Assembly (NCBI GenBank): GCA_050273025.1
Contig: CP158635.1
Location: 13,392,001 to 13,456,000, forward strand
Origin: Cenococcum geophilum
Taxonomy: Eukaryota
Length of the DNA stretch: 64,000 nucleotides
Direction: 5' to 3'
Within the stretch, counting starts at the first letter, position 1. Each line of letters starts with the position of its first letter. Below, piece by piece: positions 1-12,115 of this stretch. The position numbers and the translations under genes are program-made. The notes under the pieces were generated by a model that saw nothing but the letters and a program-made list of their open reading frames with translations, was not told where the DNA came from and made no database searches.

Positions 1-138
1 TTTATGTTGCATGGCGTTGAAGCTCCAAATCTGTTCATCTTGTTCTTGAAGCTTTTCTCACCGTTCTACTCTATCCTATCCTTCCTATGTTCATCCCCGG
101 TGTTATCAGCATTCACTGGAGATCATTTACCTGTTATG

Positions 139-1833
139 TCATGACCGCACCAGAACTCTCACACCCTTAGTGTCACTGCTGGGCGCAGGATTAAAATAAT
201 CATGCACACAATCAATATCCTTCCTTGATGTCCCGGTTAGCTCCATCTCAACGCCCTGTGCCCCAAAAAGTGCACCGAGTGTAAGAAATAACTCAGCATA
301 CGCCAGATTCATCCCGACGCACTGGCGTGTACCGCGGCTAAAAGGGACAAGGAAGTGCTTCATACGCGCTAAACCTTCAGGCGATCCAGACAGCCACCGC
401 TCTGGACTGAAAGAGTGTGGATCTGAAAATATATATTCGTTTTGGTGGATCAGCATCTGTGTCATACTAACAGGCACACCGGGGTCGATTTTGTGTTGGC
501 GATAGTAGAGCGGCGCATCGGGGGATATGCGTGCGAGCCGGTGTGATATACCGTAACTAAGGCGGAGGCCCTCGCTAACCACGGCCGTCAAGTAGGGTAG
601 TTGCTCCAGTGCGCGCCAGGTTACTTTGTGGGTGGAAATCACATTGGGGGAACCGAGGGATTTGGCAAGGGTGGCGAGCTCACCGCGGAGTCGGGAAAGT
701 TTAGTAGGATTGGAGAGGAGGTAATATACCGTTACTGATAGTGTCCAGGCAGTGGTGACAGTGCCGGCCCCAATAAGGGTCAGGCCTTCATCCATAAGGC
801 GCCGAACAGTAAGTTCATGAGGCGGCAGGAGGCTCGTGGTGCTGAGGTGGCCGAGAAGTGTTCGATGGTTTCTCTCACTTGGAGACCGGTCCGCTTGGTC
901 TTTCTCGGTGCTTTGATGTGTGGTACTTTGGATCAAGCGGATTTGACTCGCAATGGAGGATTGAAGTGCGAAGAGCTCTCTTGTAAGAGGGTGCAGGAGT
1001 GACACTAGTCTCTGTGGGAGGACCGTTAGGACGGTGTAGAGCCAGCTGAACTGCTTCATGAGATGGCTGTTGCGGCTTAGGTCCTAAATACACAGGGCAT
1101 TAACCTCGAATTCGTAGTATAAGGCACTCTAAAACAGACCATCATGAATTCGTGCCATCTTGGATTGAAATCCGGCGTCTCCAAGAAGCCATAAGAACGC
1201 CCGAAGGCAAAACTCCCTATAATATCTGCAGAAAGACAGGTAAAAGCATCGACTAAGTTTACCGGCTTCCGAGTATTTTTGAATTCTCTAAGCCTCCTGA
1301 GAAGTCTATCTATATCCTCTTGAATAACGGGCTCTATTCTCATGACCGACTGCTTTGAAAATAACGGGTTAAGCGCAGACCGGCGTAGCCGGTGCAATTC
1401 ATGACTAGTCGTGCTCACGGTAGCGAGGGTTGTCCCGAACATTCTTGCGGACCATTCCCACTTCTCTGTACGCCTGGTGGGGCCGACGTAGATTTGGTCG
1501 TAGATTTCTGGGTCGTTTGTATGGAGTTCGCAGGGATTTATACGGATAATGGGACCTGGTAATCACCAAATCGATATTTGGTATGAGACGGTAGGAAGCA
1601 AGGTTTTTTTATGTGTACAACGAACCGTACTTCCTATGCATTTTCTCAATCTCCCATGTATATCGCCCTCGTCGAATAACATCGTAGTAGAATTCGTACC
1701 AGAAGGTTAAAGCAGCTAGACGCGGACCGGGAAAGCTAGAGATAGGGCAGAGATAGAGGCGGTAGATGGCGCCGGAAATTAGATATAAGAGGATGGCTAA
1801 GAAAGCGAGTGAAAGGATGAGATGCAATTCCAT
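139..1833 (-). CDS. Cytochrome P450, CYP58/trichodiene oxygenase-like clan; 3 exons (1833-1626, 1555-1140, 1083-139)
   Basis: The spliced translation has an N-terminal TM anchor, [18 protein letters not shown] across intron 1, the I-helix AGTVTT, EGLR (ExxR), PERW and the heme motif [10 protein letters not shown]. Both introns are GT-AG. Confidence 0.93.
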
Positions 1834-2494
1834 AACACCAACTGCTGTGATACACCGAGACAGGAGGGACAGGAGAGAAGGATCCTACAAAGGGGAGAGC
1901 AATACTCGCGTGGCGTCCACGACGGCCGTTTTGGCTAATCGATGTCTGACATTATTGGATACATTGGTGACGTGCTAAAGTCCACCCTAGCATGTGAAAT
2001 TTGTTGGGCCTCTGCATTATTAAGAAGTCGGACGTACGGGTGTTTGGGCTGGGAATGGCATATTCTGTGTGTATGAAGTGCTGCAAGAGGCAACTCCAAT
2101 CCCTTTCGAGTGCGCGAGGCGAGCATCACCGGCAAGACGTACATTTCATCACGCGTTCAACCATTTCAAAGTCTACTATGAGGGCAAGTTACTGGTCACA
2201 GCTTTGAATCTTTCGTTTTAATCAAGGAACTGTGCCCCACGTTCCAAATCACACTGTAGCTAATATTTCCTCTAACCTCTACCTAACATTGGTTGTTACA
2301 CTCTTTTTGAAACAATTCCTGAAGAGGGTAACTGCTTATGAGAATCAGCATAGCAATGCTATACATCCTACAAACGCCGTCGCTATGCCCAAAGTTAAAA
2401 AAAAAAGCGTTTTAAAACAGTGCCGAGTCGACATAAAAGTTAAAGTCGTGCATAGTCGTCTAAAGTAAGGAATGGGGTAAATGTGTGATAGTGA

Positions 2495-4175
2495 TCACAC
2501 TGCAGGAATTGGAATTGGTAAATTGATCCATTTCGATTCGCCTTCTTGCGGATGTTCGTTGATGAGCAAAAGCTTTCTGCCACCGCAGAAACCGCCCGGA
2601 CCAGCAGTTCGATTAACCTCCTGGTACGAACCCTTCAACCCCCCTGTAGTGATGTTTCCGGAGAGCGCCATTTTGGGGTCGTCATATTTCCAGATCTTTT
2701 CAGTGACCCTGTCGCCGGGCTCTTCGGTTCTTCGAGGATTGAAGGATGGTAGCCCGGCCACGTGATCCATAATGTTATGGACAAAGGAATACAACCGCTC
2801 TGGACGCCGGGTCAATGCGAGCCAGCCCAGGGTCTTTTCGTCATATGCTACGCGGATATATGGGTTCATGTAAATGCCACTATCAGCGACAATGTCACGG
2901 CCACTTCGACGATACTGGAGATCTGCGTGAATGAGACAACATTCCGAAGAATCCCAAAATGTGTCTTCTTCAAAGCGGAAACGAAGTGGTGAGGTTGTTG
3001 AAGAGCTTCTGTTGCGCTTCGTAGAGAGCTCCCTCCGATCCATCCCTGAATCCTGGAACCACTTGGCTTCGAAAGCAGTCATACCACCCCAGCAACTTCG
3101 AACTCGCACGGCATCTTTTTGATCTAGAACGTCTTGTCTACTAATCTTGGAGCCAGCATCTGTAAACCATGGAAAGAAAGGAATCCCCATACTGTTGCCT
3201 TCAAGATCTCGCGTTGCAAATCTGTCGTAGAATTTGAATGGATTGATGAAATCCACCGCACAAGCTGCGCCATATTGTGTCCTTCCCGCGGAGTCCACGT
3301 TTGTGGAGAAGAGCAGTTGAGCTGCCTCCACAGGGTCAAATATGACATCGTTGACGAAGAGTAATTTGTCGAATGTGATATTCATGTCTTCCAAGGGACG
3401 TAAAGCCCGATTTCTGACTTCGGCAAGGAGGGCTATACGCTTGACCCGTTTTTCTCCAGAAGGGAGTGTTACGCGTGGAATACTGTCGAAAGAGAGATGT
3501 TCGGCGATGATGGAGGCGTTGCCTAGGTCGTTAGATGGATTGCTTGTAATATGTTTTTTAAGGGATCTTACAATTCACCTTACTCTCAAAATCATCGAGA
3601 GCAGCCTTTGACAACGAATCCGGATCGTTCTCATAAACACTCAAGTATACATTATCTGGTCCAAGTAGATCTACTAGTTCTAGTATAGCTTCTCCCCACG
3701 CTCCTCCAGTGAGAGTTCCACCTTCATCGTATATGCTAGCGGCAATAAAAACTTTCTCATTACGTAGGTTCACTCGTCCGGGTACGGAGGTAAGGGAGGA
3801 TCTGACGCGGAGCTCTTCGTAGTGAGCCGGCCGGTGGGTATATGATGGTCGAAATACGGCAACAAAAAGGATGAGGGTAGCAATAAAGTATGGCAGCCCA
3901 ATTATTAACCAGTATAGCAAGCGTGCCGCCCATCGTCGGCGCCTCCGCGGGCCAGAAATCCTTCTGTACGTGATATTTCTTTTAATGCTGCTTGCTCTGC
4001 GGCGTCGCCGAAAGCGTAGCCATGGCGGTATCTGTAATAGCGAAGGGCGCTGTGCTGGATGATCGAAGCTAGCATCATACAAGTCGTGGGGGGAGCGACC
4101 GGACTCTGAGGAGGATCGTGGGAGCAACTCATAGTCCTGCTCCGAGCGACGAAGTCTAGATGCCATCAAAGGCAT
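2495..4175 (-). CDS. Glycosyltransferase family 69 (CAP59/cryptococcal mannosyltransferase 1-like) type II membrane protein; intron 3571-3523
   Basis: A basic N-terminus and TM helix are followed by KVFIAASIYD, VYLSVYEND, LAEVRNRAL, LFVNDVIF, ACAVDF, FYDRFATRD, VRSCWGGM and SECCLIHAD. A GTAAG...CTAAC...TAG intron joins the two ORFs in frame. Confidence 0.88.
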
Positions 4176-5506
4176 TCGCGAGATGTGGATGCGCGACCTG
4201 TCGCATCTGCATGAGAGTAGTCACTCCTGGATGGTACCGGTATGGGTGTTGAAAGGTGTCAGTGAGAAGAAGCACGACTGGGTGGGTATGACTATGAGGC
4301 AGTGCAGCACGGGAACTTGCAACAAGAATAGTGCGGTCGGACTGCGCATGCTCTAGGATTTAGCGTTCCGTTATTTCATATAATAGCCGCGAAGACTGCA
4401 GCTCGCATAATTCAGGTTCGCTGACAAGCCAGAACAGATGCGGATCTTGCATTTTCAGTTAGTGGCCGTTCTACATAAACTAACGCGCACGCGGCTCTTC
4501 TCCGCTAGCTAACAACAACTATTCACTGCAGGGGAGACGAGGGTTCAGTACATAAACACTCTCGTGTCCTTCTCATTCCACTCGTTTGACACCAACTGGC
4601 ATCCTTAATCCCACTGACATTGCCATATGCCTCACTCTACATCAAAAGTCGGCATTCTAGAAGCATCGGACCGCGTTACTGTCGCTTCTCTCAACGTGCT
4701 AGCTACAGGACTGGCGGAAAGATGGGAGCGCGGAGAAATGAACACGTCGACTTTCTCGTATATTTGATAGCGATGGCTGCTACTATTGAAGGTGGACATT
4801 ACCAACAGCTTTGACCGCGGGAAGCATGTTCCTTCTACGGGCGTGTCAGGCTGTACGATAGGCTTACTTCGATAACATGACTATCAAACAGCGCTAAGAA
4901 CTTGCCAGTGTCAAGTGGATGGATGCTCAAGAGAACTGTGGAAATTACTGCTAAAACACCTTTAGAAGTCTTGTGTGAGGTAGACGCTGGAGTAGCTACT
5001 CCAAGAAACTCTGATGTAGGCAGTAACTATATTGGAGTGAGTATAAATCAATTACAAATGAAGTAAAGATTTGCCTCTCTTGTCATTTCCTAGCCAGATG
5101 TGTAGGCTCATAAGTTAAATCCGCTTCAAGAGAGAAACTGCCCGATTTTCTCAGATAATTCTATTTTCCCATTCTGCCACTTGAACTTTCGGCCCGTCCT
5201 TCATTTCGCCTCTCAAATTACTTCCAAACCGAGATTCATAATCATATCCAGCTTCACTTCACCATATCCTTACTTCAGGAACTCAAACAAGCCGGTGAGG
5301 TTAACTCGCTCTTACTTCGCAATCAACTCGGCGATTCCGGTTCATCACTTCCTACTGACGTAGAACGACTAAGACGTGATCGACACAAGCGACGAGGCAC
5401 AGGCCGAGGCGGCTCTTAGCAACATTCAGCTTGCGCCAAACCGAAGTAAGGTGAGCTGGCTTCCTGTGAAACTGGGCTCGACTGACCTCCAACCATAGAC
5501 ACGAAA

Positions 5507-7043
5507 ATGCAAGCGTCCAAGTGGGCTCATCTCCACGATGCACCAAAGCATTCTCCCGTTGACAGTCGTCCCCAATCTACGGCACTTGCCCCATCTTCTC
5601 AGCCCGCTCCCACTGCCGCATCGGAACTGCTCGCATCATCTGCCCATGGGGCAACGGCGCCTTTTTCCATGTTGCATAACCGACCTGCATTACCAGTCAC
5701 TTCATCGAGACCTACTAGTTCTAACACGGCTACTTCTGTATACTCTCCTCAAGATGCAAGGAGTGGCACGCATCAATTGCCTCCTCGAGCTACGCCCTTC
5801 ATGACGCGTACCAACTTCGCATCGCCAGCTCTGGGTAAGCATAATGCTAGTAATATGATATTTGCTGGTTCCAAGCCAACCGGGAGACCTTCTCGTGCCA
5901 TAGCAACAGCTCCTAGCGTAGTCATAGCTCCTTCCGTCCAACAACAGACCAGTCAAGTACAACAGTCGCGTTCTACTGCACTAAGCCTTTCTACAGAATC
6001 AACTCTTTCAGCGAGGCATGTATGTGAGGTGACGCTAGGCACCTCACCGAAAATTCCGGAACGCATTGCCTCAACCAATTCCACACAGAGATTTCCTACG
6101 GAAATGGTTTCGGATTGCCCTAAATTCGCAGCACCTGCAGCTTTGACAAGGGCCTCTTTAAAATCTAATGAAGTCATGGCACCTCGGTCTTCCACTAGGG
6201 ATAAATCCACACCAGCGGGACATGCGACATCTACGTCTTCGACAAAAATGACTGTAGAATCAACTGGGCCTAAAGCATCCCCTCAAGGTGATGTATCGAA
6301 AGGTTCTCAGAAGAAGACCGAAAGCCTCGGGGTCCAGCAGTTCGCTGCATGGCCAAAACGTGAAAAGAGACTAGATCGTATGTAGACCCCTCAATGGATA
6401 GATGTTAACAACTGACATGGTATCAGCTGCTCAACCACGTACTGCTATCCTGCAGAATCTTTCTTCATCGTCCAACCTCAGTACAATTCAATCCCTAGTT
6501 TGGGGTGGAAAGGTCGAGCAAATCAGCTACGAGCCTAGGAAAACCACGGCACTTATCAAGTTCATGAGTGGTGACAGTTGCCAAAGGTTTATCGCTGCAA
6601 CTGCTAATGGAATCAAAATTCCCGGACAGGATCGCATCATCTTTGTTGATCGAGACCCAAGCCCCAATTCTTCCAACGACTTGCTCCGAGGCCTGATAGA
6701 CATGGGCGCAACACGATGCATTCGTGCTGTGGGTGCTGATGAAGATTGGACAGAAAGCTCTCTCCTCAGTGTCGCCCGAGGTCGGGGCAAGACCCGAGCT
6801 GTAGACAGAATCGTGCAGGGAAAGGATCGAAATGGTGTATGTGATGTGAGGTCCTTCCTCTATATTTATTGGCTAACCTCGATTGGATAGCGTCATTACG
6901 TCGAATTTAGATTCGGCAGCGTATACGACGCTCTCTTATTCAAAGTAGAGATCCAGAACGATGAAGACTGGGAACATTGCACCATCTATGATGCTCCGGA
7001 CCCTTGTGAAATCAGCAATGGCCTCCACATCAATGAGGATTGA
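5507..7043 (+). CDS. Protein with a long Ser/Thr/Pro-rich N-terminus and C-terminal tandem RRM-like domains; exons 5507-6377, 6427-6836, 6891-7043
   Basis: GTATGT...CTGAC/CTAAC...AG introns join the frames. The C-terminus reads RTAILQNL...GGKVEQI...ALIKF...ATRCIRA...VEFRFGSVYDA...YDAPDPCE, typical of divergent fungal RRM pairs. Two probable 5'-UTR introns lie at about 5295-5363 and 5451-5497. Confidence 0.75.
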
Positions 7044-7093
7044 GGTAGCATCGTTCGATAGTCTTACTTAAAGGGCAGTTCCAAAGGGTTTTG

Positions 7094-7129
7094 AGGGGGG
7101 AGGGGGAGGGGGAGGGGGAGGGGGAGGGG
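7094..7129 (+). repeat. (GGGGGA)n tract, potential G-quadruplex, about 50 nt after the stop codon
   Basis: Six runs of 4-6 G separated by single A, read directly from the sequence. Confidence 0.85.
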
Positions 7130-7582
7130 CAAGGTTCATGCAAACTAATGGGCCGATGGGAGTTCCTCAGGCTAGAGAGCTTCTTTTCCAACCTCTCTTG
7201 CATGCTCTAATCCTTCCAAAAGGGGAATTCCGCTAAAGCTTGGCCTTTGTATTATATTGGTTAAATGGTCCATGCAAGAATAACAACATACTCAAAGCTG
7301 CGTGCCACTCCTTTCTACGTTAAATTTGGGGCTCCTCCCTTGCCCTTTTCTTTAAGAATCGCTCCCACTCCTTAGCGAGGGAGCTCGGCAAAAGTTTCCA
7401 AGTTTATTTTAGCCAACCGATAAGTCCTTAAGTCCAGCTCGCCAGCCCATTAATAGCTTCACGTCCACAACTCTGTTAAGGAATGCCAAAACTTCAACTT
7501 TAGGACGTCCCCATAACGGCCGCCTTGCGCAACCCATTTGGCACAATGGTTGTAGGCTTTATTCATTAAGCCCACCTTCAAC

Positions 7583-9032
7583 ATGTTTCCAACGCGTATC
7601 CTTCGCAGTGCAACGATCAAAGCACCATTACTTCAAACCTCCCAGCCTGTTACGCGTTTACATTTCTTCCAACTATCTAGACATAATGTTGCACGAAGAA
7701 CCTACAATGGGGGGCGCTCAAGGTATCAGAGATTCCAACAGGGATCTTCATTTTTCCAAAGATGGGCGAGTCGGCCGACATTTTTCTATGAGGTGACGGG
7801 CGTCGGATGCGCGGTTGGAGGATTTTATGTATATAACCTTGAGGTGGTGCCCGTATGTATTCTGGTTACCTAATTGAAGGACAAATGCTAACAATTTGGT
7901 ATGAATAGGTCTCCGGACGTCGCCGCTTCAATATTGTGAGCCCAGAATTGGAAAAAGGTACAGCAAAAGAGCAATATCAGGTTATCATGCAGGAATACCA
8001 AGACCAGATACTACCGGAATGGGATACACGCACACGTCAGGTTCAGAAGGTCCTTGACAGGCTTATACCTTCATCAGGGCTAACGGGTGAGAAATGGGAG
8101 GTCCATGTGATTGATGATCCACAGAAGAACGCTTTCGTCCTTCCTGGGTAGGTGCAATACCGTTTCCTCCTCTTGGGGCTAAGTGAGGCGATGGCTTATA
8201 CCCAAATAGAGGAAAGGTATTCGTTTTCTCTGGCATACTGCCGATATGCGCGGGCGAGGATGGCCTGGCTGTAGTCCTCGGTCACGAGATCGCGCACAAC
8301 TTAGCACATCATGCTGCGGAGCGAATGAGCAGCTCACTTTTTCTCATTATCCTTACTCAATTGATATCACTATTCTACGGCATCCCACCGTCCTTCAGTA
8401 TGACGCTGACGGACATTGCGTTTGCTCGTCCGGGGAGCAGGAAACAAGAGGTACGTGATTCCTACTTTCCCGCTGAGCGCGGCGATCAGTTCTTTCGGGT
8501 GCAAGGATATAGATGCCATATTTTTCAGTCGTAATGACACTACCATTCCGGGGAAGATGATCACAGTGTAGGAGATCCATGAACTGGAGCTGATAGCTTC
8601 GCAGGCAGAAGCTGACTACATCGGTCTAAGTACGACCACCATTGAGCTTCCCTATATCAATCTTGTTCCTGATATATTTCAGTGATGATGGCCCAGAGTT
8701 GTTACAATCCTGAAGCAGCAGTAGGAATATGGCAACGGATGGAAGAGAGCGAACGGGCCGAACCCCCGCAATTTCTCTCTACCCATCCCTCTCACCATAA
8801 TCGACAGCAGAAAATACGCGAATGGCAGGAAGATTATCCTATCGCTGTCCCAAGTTTGTATACTAACACTTTCCCAGGCTCCCAGAAGCGCGTGAGAAAA
8901 GAGAAATATCTGACTGTCAAGGCGTTTTGGGCTATGGTATGTTCAGCCTTCAGCAGAGTAAGTCTTCAGGGCAATACTAACCCTAGGTCAGCGGATGACT
9001 TCAGAAGAGCTTTTGGTCAGCTTCGCTGGTAG
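7583..9032 (+). CDS. OMA1: Mitochondrial metalloendopeptidase OMA1-like (peptidase M48); 7 exons
   Basis: Presequence-like N-terminus, then VPVSGRRRFNIV, WEVHVIDD..NAFVLPGGKVFVFSG, LGHEIAH (HExxH), SRKQEAEADYIGL, AQSCYNP and FLSTHPS. Confidence 0.9.
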
Positions 9033-12000
9033 TCTGGAGGGCACGATACTTTTTCCGCCCGCGGGTACTACTTGATGAACCTCCCGAGTCTAAGCCTCAA
9101 TTTATTCGGTCCGCCTTCATTTACTCTTATTCCGTGAAGCAATCGTTCACGACAGACGCAATGTTTAGACTCCCCGATTCAGTATAGACTAGACGATCCA
9201 TACCCAAATAGCCAGCGGCAAAAACGCCGGAAACAACCAGTAACTAGATTCCCACACATCTATCTTCCAGAATATGCTCTCGTTAAGACGGAGTGCGCGG
9301 GCCTCCGGCTCAGAAATGGATATCTGGATGCATTTTACAATTATAGTTACTTTGAACAGTAATATATGCAGAATCAGTAAAGTTGAGCAAATTGAAGAGC
9401 ATGTCTGTACTACATTAGTATCACATATTTAAAACACTACGTCTCGGGCTTTGTGGGTAGTTCTCGGCGCATTTGTAGGTTGGAAGTCTACAGCGCTCTA
9501 TGGATGGCAGGGTCCGCGGGCAGTACTGTTGCAAAGGGAGACTCTTTTCATGTGGGCCGATGTGACAATCAACCATTTTCTGTGAGGAAGCGTAACGGCT
9601 GCCTTTTCTCCTTAACGATGCCTCGTTTTTTAAATTGGCTCAGGGTTAGACGAAGCTCTCTAAAGCCTCCCCCCGTGCGACGAACGGGATATGCAGCTAG
9701 CAAAGGACAGGTGACAAGGACAATTTGGGCTCTCATAGTCAGTCCATCAATCAAGCTGACCCAATTGAGGTGAAAAGCATCGTGCAATTTAAGAGTGAGG
9801 ATGTGGAGCGGTGCCAAAGCTGCCAGGTCTAGAAGTCAATTGTCAAGTGGTCCCCCTTTCGGTAAACCAACGCGTTGTTCCTAGTCTAGCTGATATTGTT
9901 AAATTAACACGCTGCATGTACCCCAGTAACGTCACCACAAGTGCGCTAGGGTCAAGCTATTGTGGCCCGTCTCTCGGCACCCGTTGTGGAATCTTCGCCT
10001 GTCACCCACTCCACCCGCCCTCATCCTCTGCCTAGCGGCCGGATGGCGAAGGTCCCCAAACTAGTGGCAGCTGTTTGATCGACGGCCAGTTTCCTACGCG
10101 ATGCACAGACCCGGATATATGGAGTGCAAGAGCAATCGCGAGATTTCACCGAACCCCCAATTCCGACATGGTGGACAGGGCTTCGGAACGAGCTCGTTGG
10201 CGTCAAACCCCCGGCTATTGCATATGGTTGACTTGGAAAAGCGAAGTCTACTTTTGCAATCACTGTGATGCTGCATGTGGGCTTGAGGGTTCCATGAAAG
10301 GCTGGGGTACAGTACTTTCATCAAATCATCTCCACTTGTTACACTGTCCTCCCACTCTGCCAAACATCTTCATGGCCAAGAAACCACGGAAAACTATGCC
10401 GTTTCCAGCATTTTGTGACCTGCTGCGCACATCTTTCTTTTTGCTTGCTGGCATTTGTTTTCCAACGAGCACCACGCCCAGACACCCGCGAAGGGCCCGA
10501 GCATAAACGGTATTGGGTTTCTTTTTCGATTTTGGCAATATCGAGATACGAGATGCCCTTATCCTCACTGAGGGGGGTAATACGCTGATCAGAGTAGCTA
10601 CATCTATGGTAGTAATGACAAGACCGTGATTCCGGACAATTTTTGGGACGCACGCATCCCAAATACGCGGGTCGGTTTTATGATTCGATAAGCCTCAGCC
10701 ACAGACATTGTTGCAGTAACCTATAAAAAGTCAATCCTTTGAGCTTCCCGGAGGGTTGTCGCTCCTGATATTGAGAAATCCTTTTTGTACTTCTGTGACC
10801 GGCCTAGGTGCCGGGCAAAGGCAGTGATACGAACGACGTGCCTCCGTTATTCCAGTCAGAGCGCCATGTCGCTACTGTCGTGTAGCAAAGAGGAAATGGG
10901 GAGGGTTCCAGCGTTTGGGGCGGGTTTCGGATACCGGTTCCTCGAGACGCGGCCGTTCCGCTGTCTGGGCCGTGGCACAGAGCACCCGCGCCTTCTTTAG
11001 CAAAATAAGCAATCTGATATCCCTCGACACCACTTCCGCGGATTCTAGATTGAGTGAATCCCGCCCGGGAAGTAGATAGTGTTGGAAAGGTCCAGGCACA
11101 CAGAACCGGGTAGCGGTGATACCCTTTTGCAGATTCACCAAATCTGTGGTCGCACGGTACATTTACAATGTTCTGTCATGGCTTTTTTTTATGGCCTTCC
11201 GGCACGGTTGACTCGAGCGTAGCTCTATGTGCTTCTCGCTATCCCTGGCCTCTTCCTGTGTGTTCTTTTTTTAATTTCTTTTTTATCTCTATGCTTATCA
11301 CATGCTTTAGTAGCCATGAGCGGGACGGGATGCTAGGGCCGCAGCCGCTCTCGACGCTCGGGACCCTTGTTCTTGGGACAGCCGTATGCTTACATTCGTG
11401 ACGAAGCAACGCTGGCTTTCCAAAGCCCATCGTAAGCCCATCAAAGGTGGTAATACTAAACACTGTGGACCTATGGTCTCTCGAAGTTGGTGACATACAA
11501 ACCGCACGACGTCAGTATAATGGCATGAGACCAGTTATGCAAGGCTGTTGTAGGGCTGTACCTCGGGCCTTCCCGGCGGGGATCTCAATCCTCCACCCTC
11601 GCTAGGGCGTCGCCGCTGGGATATCGTTGACTCCTGAGACCTTCAAACGTTGTTGGTTCAGCGCCCTATGGAGGTCTAGTGTGCATGCAGAAACACGCCG
11701 GGAGTGTGCTCAATCATGATTTGAATTTGGCCCGGCCTCTTGTCACAATGATATCATGTCCCCCGTGCATAGTCACAAGATAGCGCTCAATTGGTCTACG
11801 CAACCCCTTCCATCAAAAGAGGGCTCGATAATGAGGCAAAATAAATCGAAATCCATGAATATATCAAACTCGCTTGTGGCCACTGGTATCTTCCGAGACG
11901 CTCTAATGCACGTCGTAAATTTCCATCGCAAAAGGTCGACTGTGTGGTATCATCGTGCCTCCTTTAACCTACACCAATAAAACAATTCAAAAAGAAAGAA

Positions 12001-12115
12001 AGAGTTGATCCCAAAAATAGCAATCAGAAGACTCCCTTACCCAGTTTATTTTCCATATGCTACAGATATACAAGGATCATCACGGTCGTAAGCTGCCCCA
12101 TGTTATACCTGTCCT

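Noticed and set aside
139..4175. Secondary-metabolite cluster around the P450
   Set aside because: No backbone enzyme is in the window and the neighbours look like housekeeping genes. A cluster left of the window cannot be excluded.
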